The notes under the pieces were generated by a model. That model was not told the origin of the DNA. It saw only the letters and a program-made list of their open reading frames with translations, and searched no databases. This document shows positions 1 to 9,280 of a stretch of DNA of 64,000 nucleotides, one piece after another. This DNA comes from a virus. A program made the translations under genes and the position numbers. Where the stretch lies: the IMG/VR virus record IMGVR_UViG_3300022752_002570, positions 1 to 64,000 of that record. The stretch is one strand, 5' to 3'. The first letter of the stretch is position 1. Every line of letters begins with the position of its first letter.

Positions 1-2
1 AA

Positions 3-413
3 ATTTTTAAAGATCTCGAATTACTATTACCTCAATATCAGTTTGTAATTTGTCAAGAAAAGTCTTTGACTAAGGACGAGTACCACAGTTTATTGGGAGA
101 ATCTAAGATTGTATTCTCAGCCAATCTACAGGAAACACTGGGTATAAGTTGTTATGAAGGTGCCTTGTTGGATGCCATACCAGTAGTGCCAGATAGATTG
201 AGTTATAGGGAAATGTATTATGATGGATTCAAATATCCCAGTCATTGGACAGAAAGTTGGGACAATTATATGGACTATAGGCAAGAACTTTGTCACCACA
301 TCATTGTCACTATGACGCACTACGAAAAGCGTATTCCTCAAGTTCAAAAACAAGCAGAAGACTTAACAAAGAATTTCTTTTCATGTCAACCTCTCTTGAA
401 CAACTTAAACTAA
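3..413 (+). CDS. GT-B (GT4-like) glycosyltransferase, C-terminal part, 5'-truncated by window edge
   Basis: Frame is open from position 3 (IFKDLELLLPQYQF...). Motif VFSANLQETLGISCYEGALLDAIPVVPDRLSYREM fits the GT-B E-x7-E nucleotide-sugar binding signature. Confidence 0.7.
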   Translation: MFKDLELLLPQYQFVICQEKSLTKDEYHSLLGESKIVFSANLQETLGISCYEGALLDAIPVVPDRLSYREMYYDGFKYPSHWTESWDNYMDYRQELCHHIIVTMTHYEKRIPQVQKQAEDLTKNFFSCQPLLNNLN

Positions 414-454
414 TCTTTGTCATTGAATGACCTTTTATATGTTGAGAGAATAAA

Positions 455-631
455 ATGAAAATAGGCAGTAAGTGGTACAGCAGCAATGGAGACTTATTTG
501 AAGTAGATGACATAAGAGTGATATCAGGTGAAACATGGGTTTTTTATACAAACACATTTACTATGCAAACTTATAGTTGTTTAATAGGCGCATTTACAGA
601 TAGATTTAGGGAGACTATCAATGAGAATTGA
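455..631 (+). CDS. small hypothetical protein (58 aa, not in ORF track)
   Basis: ATG at 455 after [38 protein letters not shown]...[12 protein letters not shown]. Fills the gap and overlaps the guaC start. Confidence 0.6.
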   Translation: MKIGSKWYSSNGDLFEVDDIRVISGETWVFYTNTFTMQTYSCLIGAFTDRFRETINEN

Positions 632-1697
632 AGATGACATTAAAATAGACTTCAAGGACGTTCTCATTCGTCCTAAACGTTCAACACTTTCAAGTCGTAA
701 AGAAGTTGACTTGGTTAAATCTTATCGGTTCAAACATAGTGGTTATGAATACCAAGGTATTCCTATCATGGCCGCTAATATGGATGGTGTAGGCACTATT
801 AAGATGGCTCAGGCCCTACATCGTCATCGCCTATTCACCTGCCTGGTGAAATCATATAACGCAGACATTGAAAATTTATCAGAGTTGCGAGTTGCCAAAG
901 ATAATTATGCTGTCAGCACAGGAACCAGTGATGAAGATTTTCGTAATCTACGGGCAGTAATTACAGGTCTAGGTGCTCAGTTTATCTGTATTGATGTAGC
1001 CAATGGTTACTCAGAACACTTTGGAGATTTTGTCGAACGTGTAAGAAAGCAGTTTCCAGATAAAACAATTATAGCAGGTAATGTGGTTACCGCAGATATG
1101 ACACAGGAGTTAATTTTACGTGGAGCAGATATTGTTAAAGTGGGCATCGGTCCTGGGAGCGTTTGCACAACTCGTATTCAAACTGGCGTTGGGTATCCTC
1201 AGCTTAGTGCTATTATTGAGTGCGCTGATGCTGCTCATGGGCTTGGTGCTCATATTATCGCAGATGGAGGGTGTACCTGTCCTGGTGACATAGCAAAAGC
1301 ATTTGGCGCAGGCGCAGACTTTGTAATGCTAGGCGGTATGTTTGCTGGACATGATGAAGGTGGTGGAAAACCCATCTATAAATCATATCTAACCAATGAA
1401 CTAGATAATAAAACCGGAGAACCCTATGTTGATACACAAGATTTTGTGGAATTCTACGGTATGAGTTCAGACACTGCTATGAGCAAGCACCACGGCGGAG
1501 TTGCTGAATATCGTAGCAGTGAAGGTAGAACTGTGGAAATTCCCTATCGCGGTAGTGTTAATGAAACCGTGCTGAATATACTAGGTGGGCTACGAAGCAC
1601 CTGTACCTATGTTGGCGCAGAAACTCTAAAACAATTGCCAAAATGCACTACCTTCATCCGTGTTAATCGTCAAATCAATGATGTCTTTGTTAAGTAA
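621..1697 (+). CDS. guaC: GMP reductase
   Basis: [24 protein letters not shown]-terminus, [11 protein letters not shown], catalytic loop [31 protein letters not shown]. Confidence 0.95.
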   Translation: MRIEDDIKIDFKDVLIRPKRSTLSSRKEVDLVKSYRFKHSGYEYQGIPIMAANMDGVGTIKMAQALHRHRLFTCLVKSYNADIENLSELRVAKDNYAVSTGTSDEDFRNLRAVITGLGAQFICIDVANGYSEHFGDFVERVRKQFPDKTIIAGNVVTADMTQELILRGADIVKVGIGPGSVCTTRIQTGVGYPQLSAIIECADAAHGLGAHIIADGGCTCPGDIAKAFGAGADFVMLGGMFAGHDEGGGKPIYKSYLTNELDNKTGEPYVDTQDFVEFYGMSSDTAMSKHHGGVAEYRSSEGRTVEIPYRGSVNETVLNILGGLRSTCTYVGAETLKQLPKCTTFIRVNRQINDVFVK

Positions 1698-2571
1698 ATT
1701 TTGTGATTTTTTGATCATTGTCAAAAAAACATACAGTCATTCCACAAGGATGTCCTTCTACGGGTAATCGAAAAGAATCTTTCCATATATTTCCAAGAGG
1801 TCTATCGTTACATTCACTGCCTTTTACCCATCCTTGTGGTGAAATATATAGTTTCTCAATTCCAGCATTACAAATCTTACCAGTATAACTAGGATTATTT
1901 TTAACTATATGAACTATTTTTTCTGCATGAGTTGTATCTTTAAAAAATCTACTATCTTGTATTAAAGAAGATTCCGTCTCATCATATGGATCTAAACCTT
2001 CTAATATTCTTAATTGTTTTTCTGTATAATGAAACATTCCATGTCTGGAATCTGCATTATAGTAGAGTATCTGCTTTGTAACTGGTATCCAAAATTCTTC
2101 TTGTATTTGTTTGGCCCTACTTATGTCATCATCAAAGGCAGTGTTCCTTATAGGTACGAAAATTTCAATTTGTTTTTTAGAGTTAAGAAAAGTTTGTATT
2201 ATGAATTTAATTAAATTATAATTTTGCCAATAATGAAAACTTAGATGTAAATTATCTATATAAGGTTCTATGGCAAACCAGTCTAACCAAATTTTTCCAC
2301 CGTTAGTTGTGAGGTCAATATTTCCTCCATTTTCTTTACATATCTTCAATAAAGATGTAAAATCAGAAAAATCTAAAGGTTCCCCCCCATTAAAATACCA
2401 GTCAACATGTCTATCAAGAGATAAGTAATGTTCAATTATTTTACTAGTGATAGATTTATATTGCTCAATATCTCTAGGTTTATCTCCGTTCCAAAATGTA
2501 CTAGGACAATAAAAACATCTAGATTCGCAATAATCATTCAATGACCAGTATATTTGAGTTTTTTCTGTCAT
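1690..2571 (-). CDS. radical SAM protein with Cys-containing C-terminal (twitch/SPASM-like) extension
   Basis: CESRCFYC (CxxxCxxC), GGEP, TTNG. C-terminal CNAG...SEC...CGMTVC. Confidence 0.85.
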   Translation of the reverse strand: MTEKTQIYWSLNDYCESRCFYCPSTFWNGDKPRDIEQYKSITSKIIEHYLSLDRHVDWYFNGGEPLDFSDFTSLLKICKENGGNIDLTTNGGKIWLDWFAIEPYIDNLHLSFHYWQNYNLIKFIIQTFLNSKKQIEIFVPIRNTAFDDDISRAKQIQEEFWIPVTKQILYYNADSRHGMFHYTEKQLRILEGLDPYDETESSLIQDSRFFKDTTHAEKIVHIVKNNPSYTGKICNAGIEKLYISPQGWVKGSECNDRPLGNIWKDSFRLPVEGHPCGMTVCFFDNDQKITKFT

Positions 2572-2576
2572 TTAGG

Positions 2577-2605
2577 TTGACTTTTCTAAATAATAATGCT
2601 ATATT
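2577..2605 (+). promoter_or_regulatory. sigma70-like promoter for queE; also overlaps TAAATA boxes on both strands
   Basis: TTGACT(2577-82)-17 nt-TATATT(2600-05) with a TG extension. TAAATA at 2587-92 (+) and 2602-07 (-). Confidence 0.55.
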
Positions 2606-2632
2606 TACTAGTATTCAAAAGGTATCACAATT

Positions 2633-3490
2633 ATGTCAAAGTTAAAGGTTTCTGAGTTGTTTTATAGTGTGCAAGGTGAAGGACGTTATATGGGCGTACC
2701 TTCAGTGTTTCTACGTGTGTTCGGATGTAATTTTACCTGTGATGGATTCGGAATGCCTAGAGGAGAACGATCAAATGAACGAAATATTGTCGCCCAAAAT
2801 ATTACAAACATTAAGCAATACAGAGATTTACCTTTGGTTCATACCGGTTGCGATAGTTATGCTAGTTGGGATCCTAGGTTTAAGGATTTTAGCCCTATGC
2901 TGGAAACGGATGCTATTGCTGATGCTATTATGGACATGCTACCGCACAAAAGATGGATGAGAGAACATCTTGTAATCACAGGTGGGGAACCTTTACTAGG
3001 TTGGCAACGTGCGTATCCAGACTTACTTAATCATCCTAAAATGGATGAACTAAGAGAAATCACTTTTGAAACAAATGGCACCCAAGAACTCACCAACGAC
3101 TTCAAAGCATACCTACAAGAATGGCGTTGGAAGCATGAAGGGTTGATTGACAGGCAAATTACTTTCAGTGTCAGTGCTAAATTACCAGCAAGTGGAGAAA
3201 AGTGGGAAGAAGCAATTAAACCAGATGTTGTCTGTGGCTATGAATCAGTAGGTTGGACCTGTCTTAAACTGGTTGTTGCTACAGAGCAAGATATTGAAGA
3301 TGCACTTAGAGCCATTGAAGAATATCGTAGTGAAGGATTCGAAGGTGAAGTCTACTTAATGCCTGTAGGTGGTGTAGAAAGTGTCTACAGTCTAAATAAC
3401 AAAAATGTTGCTCTTGCCTGTATGAAATATGGATTGCGGTACAGTGATAGACTTCAAGTGCCGCTTTTTAAAAACGAGTGGGGTACATAA
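2633..3490 (+). CDS. queE: 7-carboxy-7-deazaguanine synthase QueE-like radical SAM enzyme
   Basis: ELFYSVQGEG, PSVFLRVFGCN, GCDS, ITGGEP, FETNGT, SVSAKL, YLMP, RLQV motifs. Confidence 0.9.
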   Translation: MSKLKVSELFYSVQGEGRYMGVPSVFLRVFGCNFTCDGFGMPRGERSNERNIVAQNITNIKQYRDLPLVHTGCDSYASWDPRFKDFSPMLETDAIADAIMDMLPHKRWMREHLVITGGEPLLGWQRAYPDLLNHPKMDELREITFETNGTQELTNDFKAYLQEWRWKHEGLIDRQITFSVSAKLPASGEKWEEAIKPDVVCGYESVGWTCLKLVVATEQDIEDALRAIEEYRSEGFEGEVYLMPVGGVESVYSLNNKNVALACMKYGLRYSDRLQVPLFKNEWGT

Positions 3491-3891
3491 TGAAAGACTT
3501 TCTTAGAAAACTATTTGGCTTTGAAGAGATGGACAGAGCCATAGAAGAAACAAGGGCAGCATCAAAAGCCGCCCAACAACCTCCTGTTATGGAATTAAGT
3601 CCAAAAGAGCAGGCTACTGAAAATAAAGAACCTTGGGTAGGTGTTCTAAATACTCACGTTAACAAAGATAATATTCGAAACGGATTCTTTGAACTTGACT
3701 GGAATGAATACTTTGTGTTAGAGTTAAGAACTGCTGGATACAGAGGTGAATCAGATGAAGAAATTGTAAATCAGTGGTTTACAGAGTTATGTCGCAATGT
3801 AGCCGCAGAAGATGGTATAGACATGAGCCGTAGAGGAACTGGCTATATAAATGTAAATAACTTAGGAAACGGACGTTCAGAGGTCAGTTAA
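3490..3891 (+). CDS. hypothetical phage protein
   Basis: TAATG coupling to queE (ATG at 3490) and to the next gene. FFELDWNEYF motif. Confidence 0.7.
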   Translation: MKDFLRKLFGFEEMDRAIEETRAASKAAQQPPVMELSPKEQATENKEPWVGVLNTHVNKDNIRNGFFELDWNEYFVLELRTAGYRGESDEEIVNQWFTELCRNVAAEDGIDMSRRGTGYINVNNLGNGRSEVS

Positions 3892-4883
3892 TGACTAAAA
3901 CATACATACTAGTAGACACAGCCAATACATTTTTCCGTGCTCGTCACGTTGTCAGAGGGAATTTAGAAGATAAAGTAGGCATGAGTATACATACCGTCTT
4001 AGGTAGTGTACGAAAGGCTTGGCGAGATTTCAAAGGCAATCACGTGGTCTTTTGTCTAGAAGGACGGTCGTGGCGAAAGGATTATTACGAGCCTTATAAG
4101 CGCCAACGTTCTGAGGCACGTGCTGCTCAAAGTCCACGTGAAGCAGAAGAAGATCGTGTGTTTTGGGAAACATTTGATCAGTTCAAAGACTTTATTATTA
4201 ACAAGACAAACAGTACGGTTCTACATCATCCTAACCTAGAAGCAGATGATTTAATTGCAGGCTGGATTAGGTCTCATCCAAAAGACAGGCATATTATTAT
4301 TAGTACTGACGGAGATTTCGCACAACTTATTTCTCCAAATGTTCAGCAGTATAACGGTGTTATGAGTATGACTATTACTCATGAAGGTTATTTCGACGAA
4401 AAAGGTAAGCCTATAAAAGATAAAAAGACAGGAGAAGCCAAACCTGCCCCAGATCCCGAATGGTTACTTTTTGAAAAATGTATGCGTGGAGATACTTCAG
4501 ACAATATTTTTAGCGCATACCCTGGTGTCAGAGAAAAAGGCACAAAAAATAAGGTAGGTCTTAGAGAAGCCTTTAGTGACAGAAATAGTAAGGGATACAA
4601 TTGGAATAACCTTATGTTACAAAAATGGGTAGACCATGAAGGTGTAGAACATAGAGTTTTAGATGACTACAATAGAAATAAATTGCTCTGTGACCTAAAT
4701 GCACAGCCCAACAACATAAAAGAAATTATCAATTCTGTTATTAAAGATCAAGAACATTCAAATAAAAATATTTTACAGGTTGGCATTAGACTATTAAAAT
4801 TTTGTCAAACTTATGATTTACAGAAAATCAGCGAACAAATTCAAACATACGCTGAACCATTAAATGCGAGGTATGAACAATGA
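3891..4883 (+). CDS. rnh: T4 RNase H-like 5'-3' exonuclease (FEN family)
   Basis: ILVDTAN, WRKDYYEPYK, LEADDLIA, IISTDGDFAQL, GDTSDNI acidic active-site motifs. Confidence 0.9.
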   Translation: MTKTYILVDTANTFFRARHVVRGNLEDKVGMSIHTVLGSVRKAWRDFKGNHVVFCLEGRSWRKDYYEPYKRQRSEARAAQSPREAEEDRVFWETFDQFKDFIINKTNSTVLHHPNLEADDLIAGWIRSHPKDRHIIISTDGDFAQLISPNVQQYNGVMSMTITHEGYFDEKGKPIKDKKTGEAKPAPDPEWLLFEKCMRGDTSDNIFSAYPGVREKGTKNKVGLREAFSDRNSKGYNWNNLMLQKWVDHEGVEHRVLDDYNRNKLLCDLNAQPNNIKEIINSVIKDQEHSNKNILQVGIRLLKFCQTYDLQKISEQIQTYAEPLNARYEQ

Positions 4884-5359
4884 GTGCAGTTACTAAAACC
4901 CTAATACCAAATCAAGAATGGATTGTAAAAGATAACGATAGAAAAATTGGCTCAATATATAAGAAAAAAAGAGGCTATGATTTCATAAGAAAAGGTCAAA
5001 AATTAGAATTTAAAAACCTAGAACAGGTAAAGACAGACCTAGGAATAACTATAATCGAAGGCGGTCAATCAAAAAAGTCAATTGCACTAGATGAAAATCA
5101 ACATGTAATTTATGACTTTCCTTGCGGGTCTAAGCCTTTTAACCCACTTTATAATATCAAGAAAAAATTACCTTTATTTGCTAAAAGTTTAAAAAGCCAA
5201 AGTCTGTATTGTGCAGGTTACTATGTGATTAAGTTTAGAAAAGGTTGGGTCAAAAGTTTCTGTCCTAAACTAATCACGTTGGAAAGATATCCCTATTACG
5301 GACCTTTTAAAACAGAATGTGAAATGAAAAATATGTTAAATTTCTTAAATAAATCATGA
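4880..5359 (+). CDS. hypothetical protein
   Basis: 159-aa ORF with ATGA overlaps at both ends. Confidence 0.7.
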   Translation: MSAVTKTLIPNQEWIVKDNDRKIGSIYKKKRGYDFIRKGQKLEFKNLEQVKTDLGITIIEGGQSKKSIALDENQHVIYDFPCGSKPFNPLYNIKKKLPLFAKSLKSQSLYCAGYYVIKFRKGWVKSFCPKLITLERYPYYGPFKTECEMKNMLNFLNKS

Positions 5360-5574
5360 AGCAGTTAAACGTAATTCCAATTGAAAACTTTTTACATAAG
5401 GCTAGAATCGCTCTAAAATCCAGCCAAAAAAACCTAGTACTTACTATGGAAGAAGTTACAGAATTATCAAACAGCCTTAGTGTAGTAATGACTAGGTTAG
5501 CAGGAGACTTAGATCAAATAAAAGAAAGTTCTAACCAACCAATCCAAATAAAAGTAGACGGTGGCAGATTCTAA
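5356..5574 (+). CDS. hypothetical protein
   Basis: 72-aa ORF translationally coupled to the upstream gene. Confidence 0.65.
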   Translation: MKQLNVIPIENFLHKARIALKSSQKNLVLTMEEVTELSNSLSVVMTRLAGDLDQIKESSNQPIQIKVDGGRF

Positions 5575-5582
5575 ATTTTGAA

Positions 5583-5616
5583 TAAATATATACGCATTTT
5601 TGGAGATGCGTATATA
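5583..5616 (+). promoter_or_regulatory. late-promoter box plus RBS-containing hairpin
   Basis: TAAATA 5583-88. Stem TATATACGCAT(5587-97)/ATGCGTATATA(5606-16) encloses GGAG and ends 1 nt before the ATG at 5618. Confidence 0.65.
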
Positions 5617-5617
5617 A

Positions 5618-5917
5618 ATGAGTAGACCTAAGCCTCAAATACTTTTAGAAGCAACAAATAAAAAGAATTTTAAAACCGAACAAGTTTTAGAAGCAGAGGC
5701 TATCTGGGCAGTTTTTTATAAGGACTCTCCTATCAATCTCAAAACAATGAGTTATATTGCACAATCGATAGGTCCAAAATATAAAAAAGTTAGTTTTTCA
5801 AATAGTGGACATGCCTTTAATCTAGCAGAAAAACTAAACAAACTTTTCAATAGCACAGACTTTGCCGTTTTTAAATTAACATCGGGCGAGAAAGTCACAT
5901 ATGAATCAGAAGATTGA
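5618..5917 (+). CDS. hypothetical protein
   Basis: 99-aa ORF with GGAG SD. Confidence 0.75.
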   Translation: MSRPKPQILLEATNKKNFKTEQVLEAEAIWAVFYKDSPINLKTMSYIAQSIGPKYKKVSFSNSGHAFNLAEKLNKLFNSTDFAVFKLTSGEKVTYESED

Positions 5918-6299
5918 ATTAACAAAATACGTTCTTAACTTCCTCAATTCTTCTTACACAGAAAAAGAACTCAAAAAAATAATGCACCTCTGGTGGTGGA
6001 ATACAAGAAATAAATCTAAGGGAGGTTGGAGACTAACCGAACTAGGATTTTTTCATTTAAATGCTGCTCAAATAAAATCTTATGAAGTAAAATTTGAAGA
6101 AGAAATTTTCTTTTCTAACGAACTAGTAATTTGGATTGACCAAAATATAGATTGTCCATTTTATATAACAGATAATAGGATTTGGGTTTTCAACGAGAAA
6201 ACTGCTGTCCAATTGGTATTGTTTTCTGGTAACATTCAGCGATATCACAATGCTAAGAAAAGATGGGCTTCTAAAGAAAAACTAGTTGACAAAGCATAA
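5901..6299 (+). CDS. hypothetical protein
   Basis: 132-aa ORF overlapping the upstream gene. GWRLTELG resembles a winged-helix wing, but the evidence is weak. Confidence 0.7.
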   Translation: MNQKIELTKYVLNFLNSSYTEKELKKIMHLWWWNTRNKSKGGWRLTELGFFHLNAAQIKSYEVKFEEEIFFSNELVIWIDQNIDCPFYITDNRIWVFNEKTAVQLVLFSGNIQRYHNAKKRWASKEKLVDKA

Positions 6300-6314
6300 G
6301 ATATTTCATATAAT
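6286..6314 (+). promoter_or_regulatory. consensus sigma70 (early) promoter
   Basis: TTGACA(6286-91)-17 nt-TATAAT(6309-14), upstream of the AAA+ gene. Confidence 0.85.
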
Positions 6315-6357
6315 AAACACTGTAGTAACAAAACACCACTTTATTTGAGAGAGTAAT

Positions 6358-7440
6358 ATGTCTAAAGAAATTTCTACTAGCCGCACTGTAACTCCTAATG
6401 AAGCCAAGGCAGCACTTCGTAAGGCCATTATCAAACAGCGCCCAATTTTTATGTGGGGTCCTCCAGGTATTGGTAAGTCAGATATCATCAAGCAACTTGG
6501 CGAGGAACATGATCGGGAAGTTATTGACGTCCGTTTAAGCCTTTGGGAGCCTACTGATATCAAAGGTATTCCCTATTATAATAGCCAGGCCAATACTATG
6601 AGTTGGGCACCACCTGCAGAACTGCCCAGCGATCCAGATAGTACCGCTATTTTATTCCTAGATGAGTTAAACTCTGCGGCGCCTGCTACTCAGGCAGCGG
6701 CTTATCAACTTATTTTGAATCGTCGTGTGGGAACTTATATCCTGCCCAAAGGCGTGGCTATTGTGGCTGCTGGTAACCGCGAGACTGACAAGGGCGTAAC
6801 TTATCGTATGCCTGCTCCGTTGGCTAACCGTTTTGTTCATTTGGAATTGCGAGTAGATTTTGAAGATTGGCTTCAGTGGGCTACCCTTAACAAGGTACAT
6901 GAGCAGGTTGTAGGCTATGTCGGTTTTGCCAAACAAGACCTCTACGACTTTGATCCAAAAGGTTCAAGTCGCGCATTTGCCACACCCCGTTCATGGTCTT
7001 TTGTAAGTGAACTTTTAGAAGATGACGACATCAGCGAAGGTACCCTAACTGATTTAGTTGCAGGTGCTGTAGGTGAAGGTCTTGCTGTTAAGTTCATGGC
7101 TCACCGCAAGGTTGCCAAGCAGATGCCCAAACCTGAACTTATCCTTAAAGGTGAGGTCAAGAAGTTTGATATCAAAGAAATTTCAGCAATGTACTCTCTA
7201 ACTATTAGCCTTTGCTATGAGCTCCAAGAAGCAGATAAGAAAAAGGTTAAAGGCTGGGATGCTATGGCAGACAACTTCTTTGGATTTATGATGGACAATT
7301 TTCCAACTGAGTTGGTTGTTATGGGTGCCAAAGTTGCTCTAACCAATTATGCTTTACCGTTCGATGCCAGCAAGTTAAAGAACTTTGACAAGTTCCATGA
7401 CAAGTATGGAAAATATATCATACAGGCCATGGAAGGTTAA
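6358..7440 (+). CDS. MoxR-like AAA+ ATPase
   Basis: Walker A GPPGIGKS, Walker B LFLDE, sensor AAGN, PLANRF arginine finger, TPRSW. Confidence 0.9.
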   Translation: MSKEISTSRTVTPNEAKAALRKAIIKQRPIFMWGPPGIGKSDIIKQLGEEHDREVIDVRLSLWEPTDIKGIPYYNSQANTMSWAPPAELPSDPDSTAILFLDELNSAAPATQAAAYQLILNRRVGTYILPKGVAIVAAGNRETDKGVTYRMPAPLANRFVHLELRVDFEDWLQWATLNKVHEQVVGYVGFAKQDLYDFDPKGSSRAFATPRSWSFVSELLEDDDISEGTLTDLVAGAVGEGLAVKFMAHRKVAKQMPKPELILKGEVKKFDIKEISAMYSLTISLCYELQEADKKKVKGWDAMADNFFGFMMDNFPTELVVMGAKVALTNYALPFDASKLKNFDKFHDKYGKYIIQAMEG

Positions 7441-7442
7441 TT

Positions 7443-7462
7443 TAAGGGCCCTAGGGCCCTTA
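7443..7462. terminator. perfect 20-bp palindrome/hairpin after the AAA+ gene
   Basis: TAAGGGCCCTAGGGCCCTTA immediately after the stop codon. Confidence 0.6.
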
Positions 7463-7466
7463 TTAG

Positions 7467-7495
7467 TTGACTACGGACTAAAAAGAATATATAAT
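7467..7495 (+). promoter_or_regulatory. sigma70-like promoter
   Basis: TTGACT(7467-72)-17 nt-TATAAT(7490-95), followed by AAGGAG SD. Confidence 0.8.
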
Positions 7496-7520
7496 TGTAT
7501 TATACATTAAGGAGTAAGTT

Positions 7521-8780
7521 ATGACCTCAGTTATAAAACCCGAACGTCAGTCTAAAAAAGATTGGTCTAAACAAGAATTTAGTGCTTCAGAAAAAGCCAA
7601 AATTTTAGATAAATTGATTACAGCACGAGTAGGATTGCTACTTCGTCATCCGTTTTTTGGCAATCTCGCTACTCGTATGAAACTGGTAGATGCCAGCGAC
7701 TGGTGTGCTACTCTTGCCACTGACGGACGTAACTTCTACTTTAATTACGGATTCGTTAATAAACTCAATCCTAAAGAATGTGAGTTTGGGTTTGCACACG
7801 AAGTTCTGCATAATGTATTTGATCATATGGGTCGTCGCGAAGGACGTGATCCTACTCTTTCTAATATTGCGGCAGACTACGCTGTTAACCAAATTCTCAA
7901 GGATGAGAAAATTGGTGCCGTTCCTACGTTCCTTAAGATTTTCCAACATGACAAGTACCGTGGAAAATCTTATGAGGAGATTTATCAGGATCTCTATGCC
8001 AATGCGGAAAAAATTAATATTGGAGAACTAGGAGAACTGCTAGACGAACACTTAGACGACAGTGAAGGGCAAGGGGAAGGGGAAGGGGAAGGTTCTAATA
8101 ATGGTAAAGGTCGTCCTAAACTTACTCCAGAGGAACGTAAACAGATCCGCGACGAGATCAAAGAAGCAATGGTTGCGGCTGCTCAGACTGCAGGTGCAGG
8201 CAAAGTGCCTGCAGGGGTTAGCCGTCTTATCAAAGACTTCACAGAGCCCAAAATGGATTGGCGTCAACTGTTAAGAATGAATATTCAAAGTATCTTAAAA
8301 AGCAATTTTAGTTTTGCTCGTCCGAATCGCAAAAGTCAGCACTCCGGTGCCATATTACCAGGTATGATAAACGAGGAAACTATTGACGTATCAGTTGCTG
8401 TTGACATGAGTGGTAGTATTTCAGATCAACAGGCCAAAATTTTTATCAGTGAAGTAAAAGGTATCATGGAAGAGTACGTTGACTTCAAACTAGACATTTG
8501 GTGTTTTGATACAGAAGTCTACAGTTATGCCAAATTTAGTTTAGAAAACGCAGATGACATTAACCAGTACGAAGTCAAAGGTGGTGGAGGTACAGATTTT
8601 GAAGCCAACTGGACGTTTATGAAGGATAATGATATCACTCCTAAGAAGTTTATTATGTTTACAGATGGATACCCTTGCGGTAGTTGGGGTGACGAGGACT
8701 ACTGTGATACACTGTTCATTATTCACGGTAACGACTCTATTATTGCTCCGTTTGGCCAAACTGCACATTTCAAAGAATGA
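7521..8780 (+). CDS. HEXXH metallopeptidase-like domain plus vWA domain protein (DUF2201-type), MoxR partner
   Basis: ATDG, AHEVLH, NIAADYAVN. MIDAS motif DMSGS, GGGGTDF, FTDG. Confidence 0.85.
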   Translation: MTSVIKPERQSKKDWSKQEFSASEKAKILDKLITARVGLLLRHPFFGNLATRMKLVDASDWCATLATDGRNFYFNYGFVNKLNPKECEFGFAHEVLHNVFDHMGRREGRDPTLSNIAADYAVNQILKDEKIGAVPTFLKIFQHDKYRGKSYEEIYQDLYANAEKINIGELGELLDEHLDDSEGQGEGEGEGSNNGKGRPKLTPEERKQIRDEIKEAMVAAAQTAGAGKVPAGVSRLIKDFTEPKMDWRQLLRMNIQSILKSNFSFARPNRKSQHSGAILPGMINEETIDVSVAVDMSGSISDQQAKIFISEVKGIMEEYVDFKLDIWCFDTEVYSYAKFSLENADDINQYEVKGGGGTDFEANWTFMKDNDITPKKFIMFTDGYPCGSWGDEDYCDTLFIIHGNDSIIAPFGQTAHFKE

Positions 8781-9067
8781 GTATTAAAAGAGGACAGATA
8801 AACCCGCTAGGTGTTCTGGGGCTAAGGAAAATTTCCTTTATCCCAGAACATTTTGTTAAATTGAGTGTGCCTAAAAATGTGGATATCAGATCTATAGAGA
8901 GATGGATAGAAACAAACTTAAATAGTCGGTATGCTATACAATCAAATTTTAAGGTTGGTAGTGATAATAAACTAACTAATATTATAGAAATAGGATTAGA
9001 AGATCCTAAAGAATTAACCCTACTAAGTTTAGGGTGCCAATATCTTCACAAAGAGAGGACATTTTAA
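8777..9067 (+). CDS. hypothetical protein
   Basis: 96-aa ORF with ATGA overlap. Confidence 0.65.
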   Translation: MSIKRGQINPLGVLGLRKISFIPEHFVKLSVPKNVDIRSIERWIETNLNSRYAIQSNFKVGSDNKLTNIIEIGLEDPKELTLLSLGCQYLHKERTF

Positions 9068-9270
9068 TGGAAGAGCAAAAGACAGAGCAACAGCCTGAAC
9101 AACCCAGTGTACCGGAATTGACTATCACAGATTTAATTAATCTTAGGACAATTATCGATGTGGCGGTTAAACGAGGTGTATTCGGTGCAGGCGAAGTTGC
9201 AGGTGTAGGTACTGTATATAATAGATTAGATTCATTTATTACAGCAGTCACACCCGCTAAATCAGAATAA
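9067..9270 (+). CDS. hypothetical protein
   Basis: Start at 9067 (GAGGA SD, TAATG coupling) is preferred to 9034. Confidence 0.65.
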   Translation: MEEQKTEQQPEQPSVPELTITDLINLRTIIDVAVKRGVFGAGEVAGVGTVYNRLDSFITAVTPAKSE

Positions 9271-9280
9271 AGGAAACCCT

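Noticed and set aside
8063-8093. G-run repeat (GAAGGG)n as a G-quadruplex or contingency locus
   Set aside because: It simply encodes an in-frame GEGEGEG linker, and the 6-nt unit would not shift frame.
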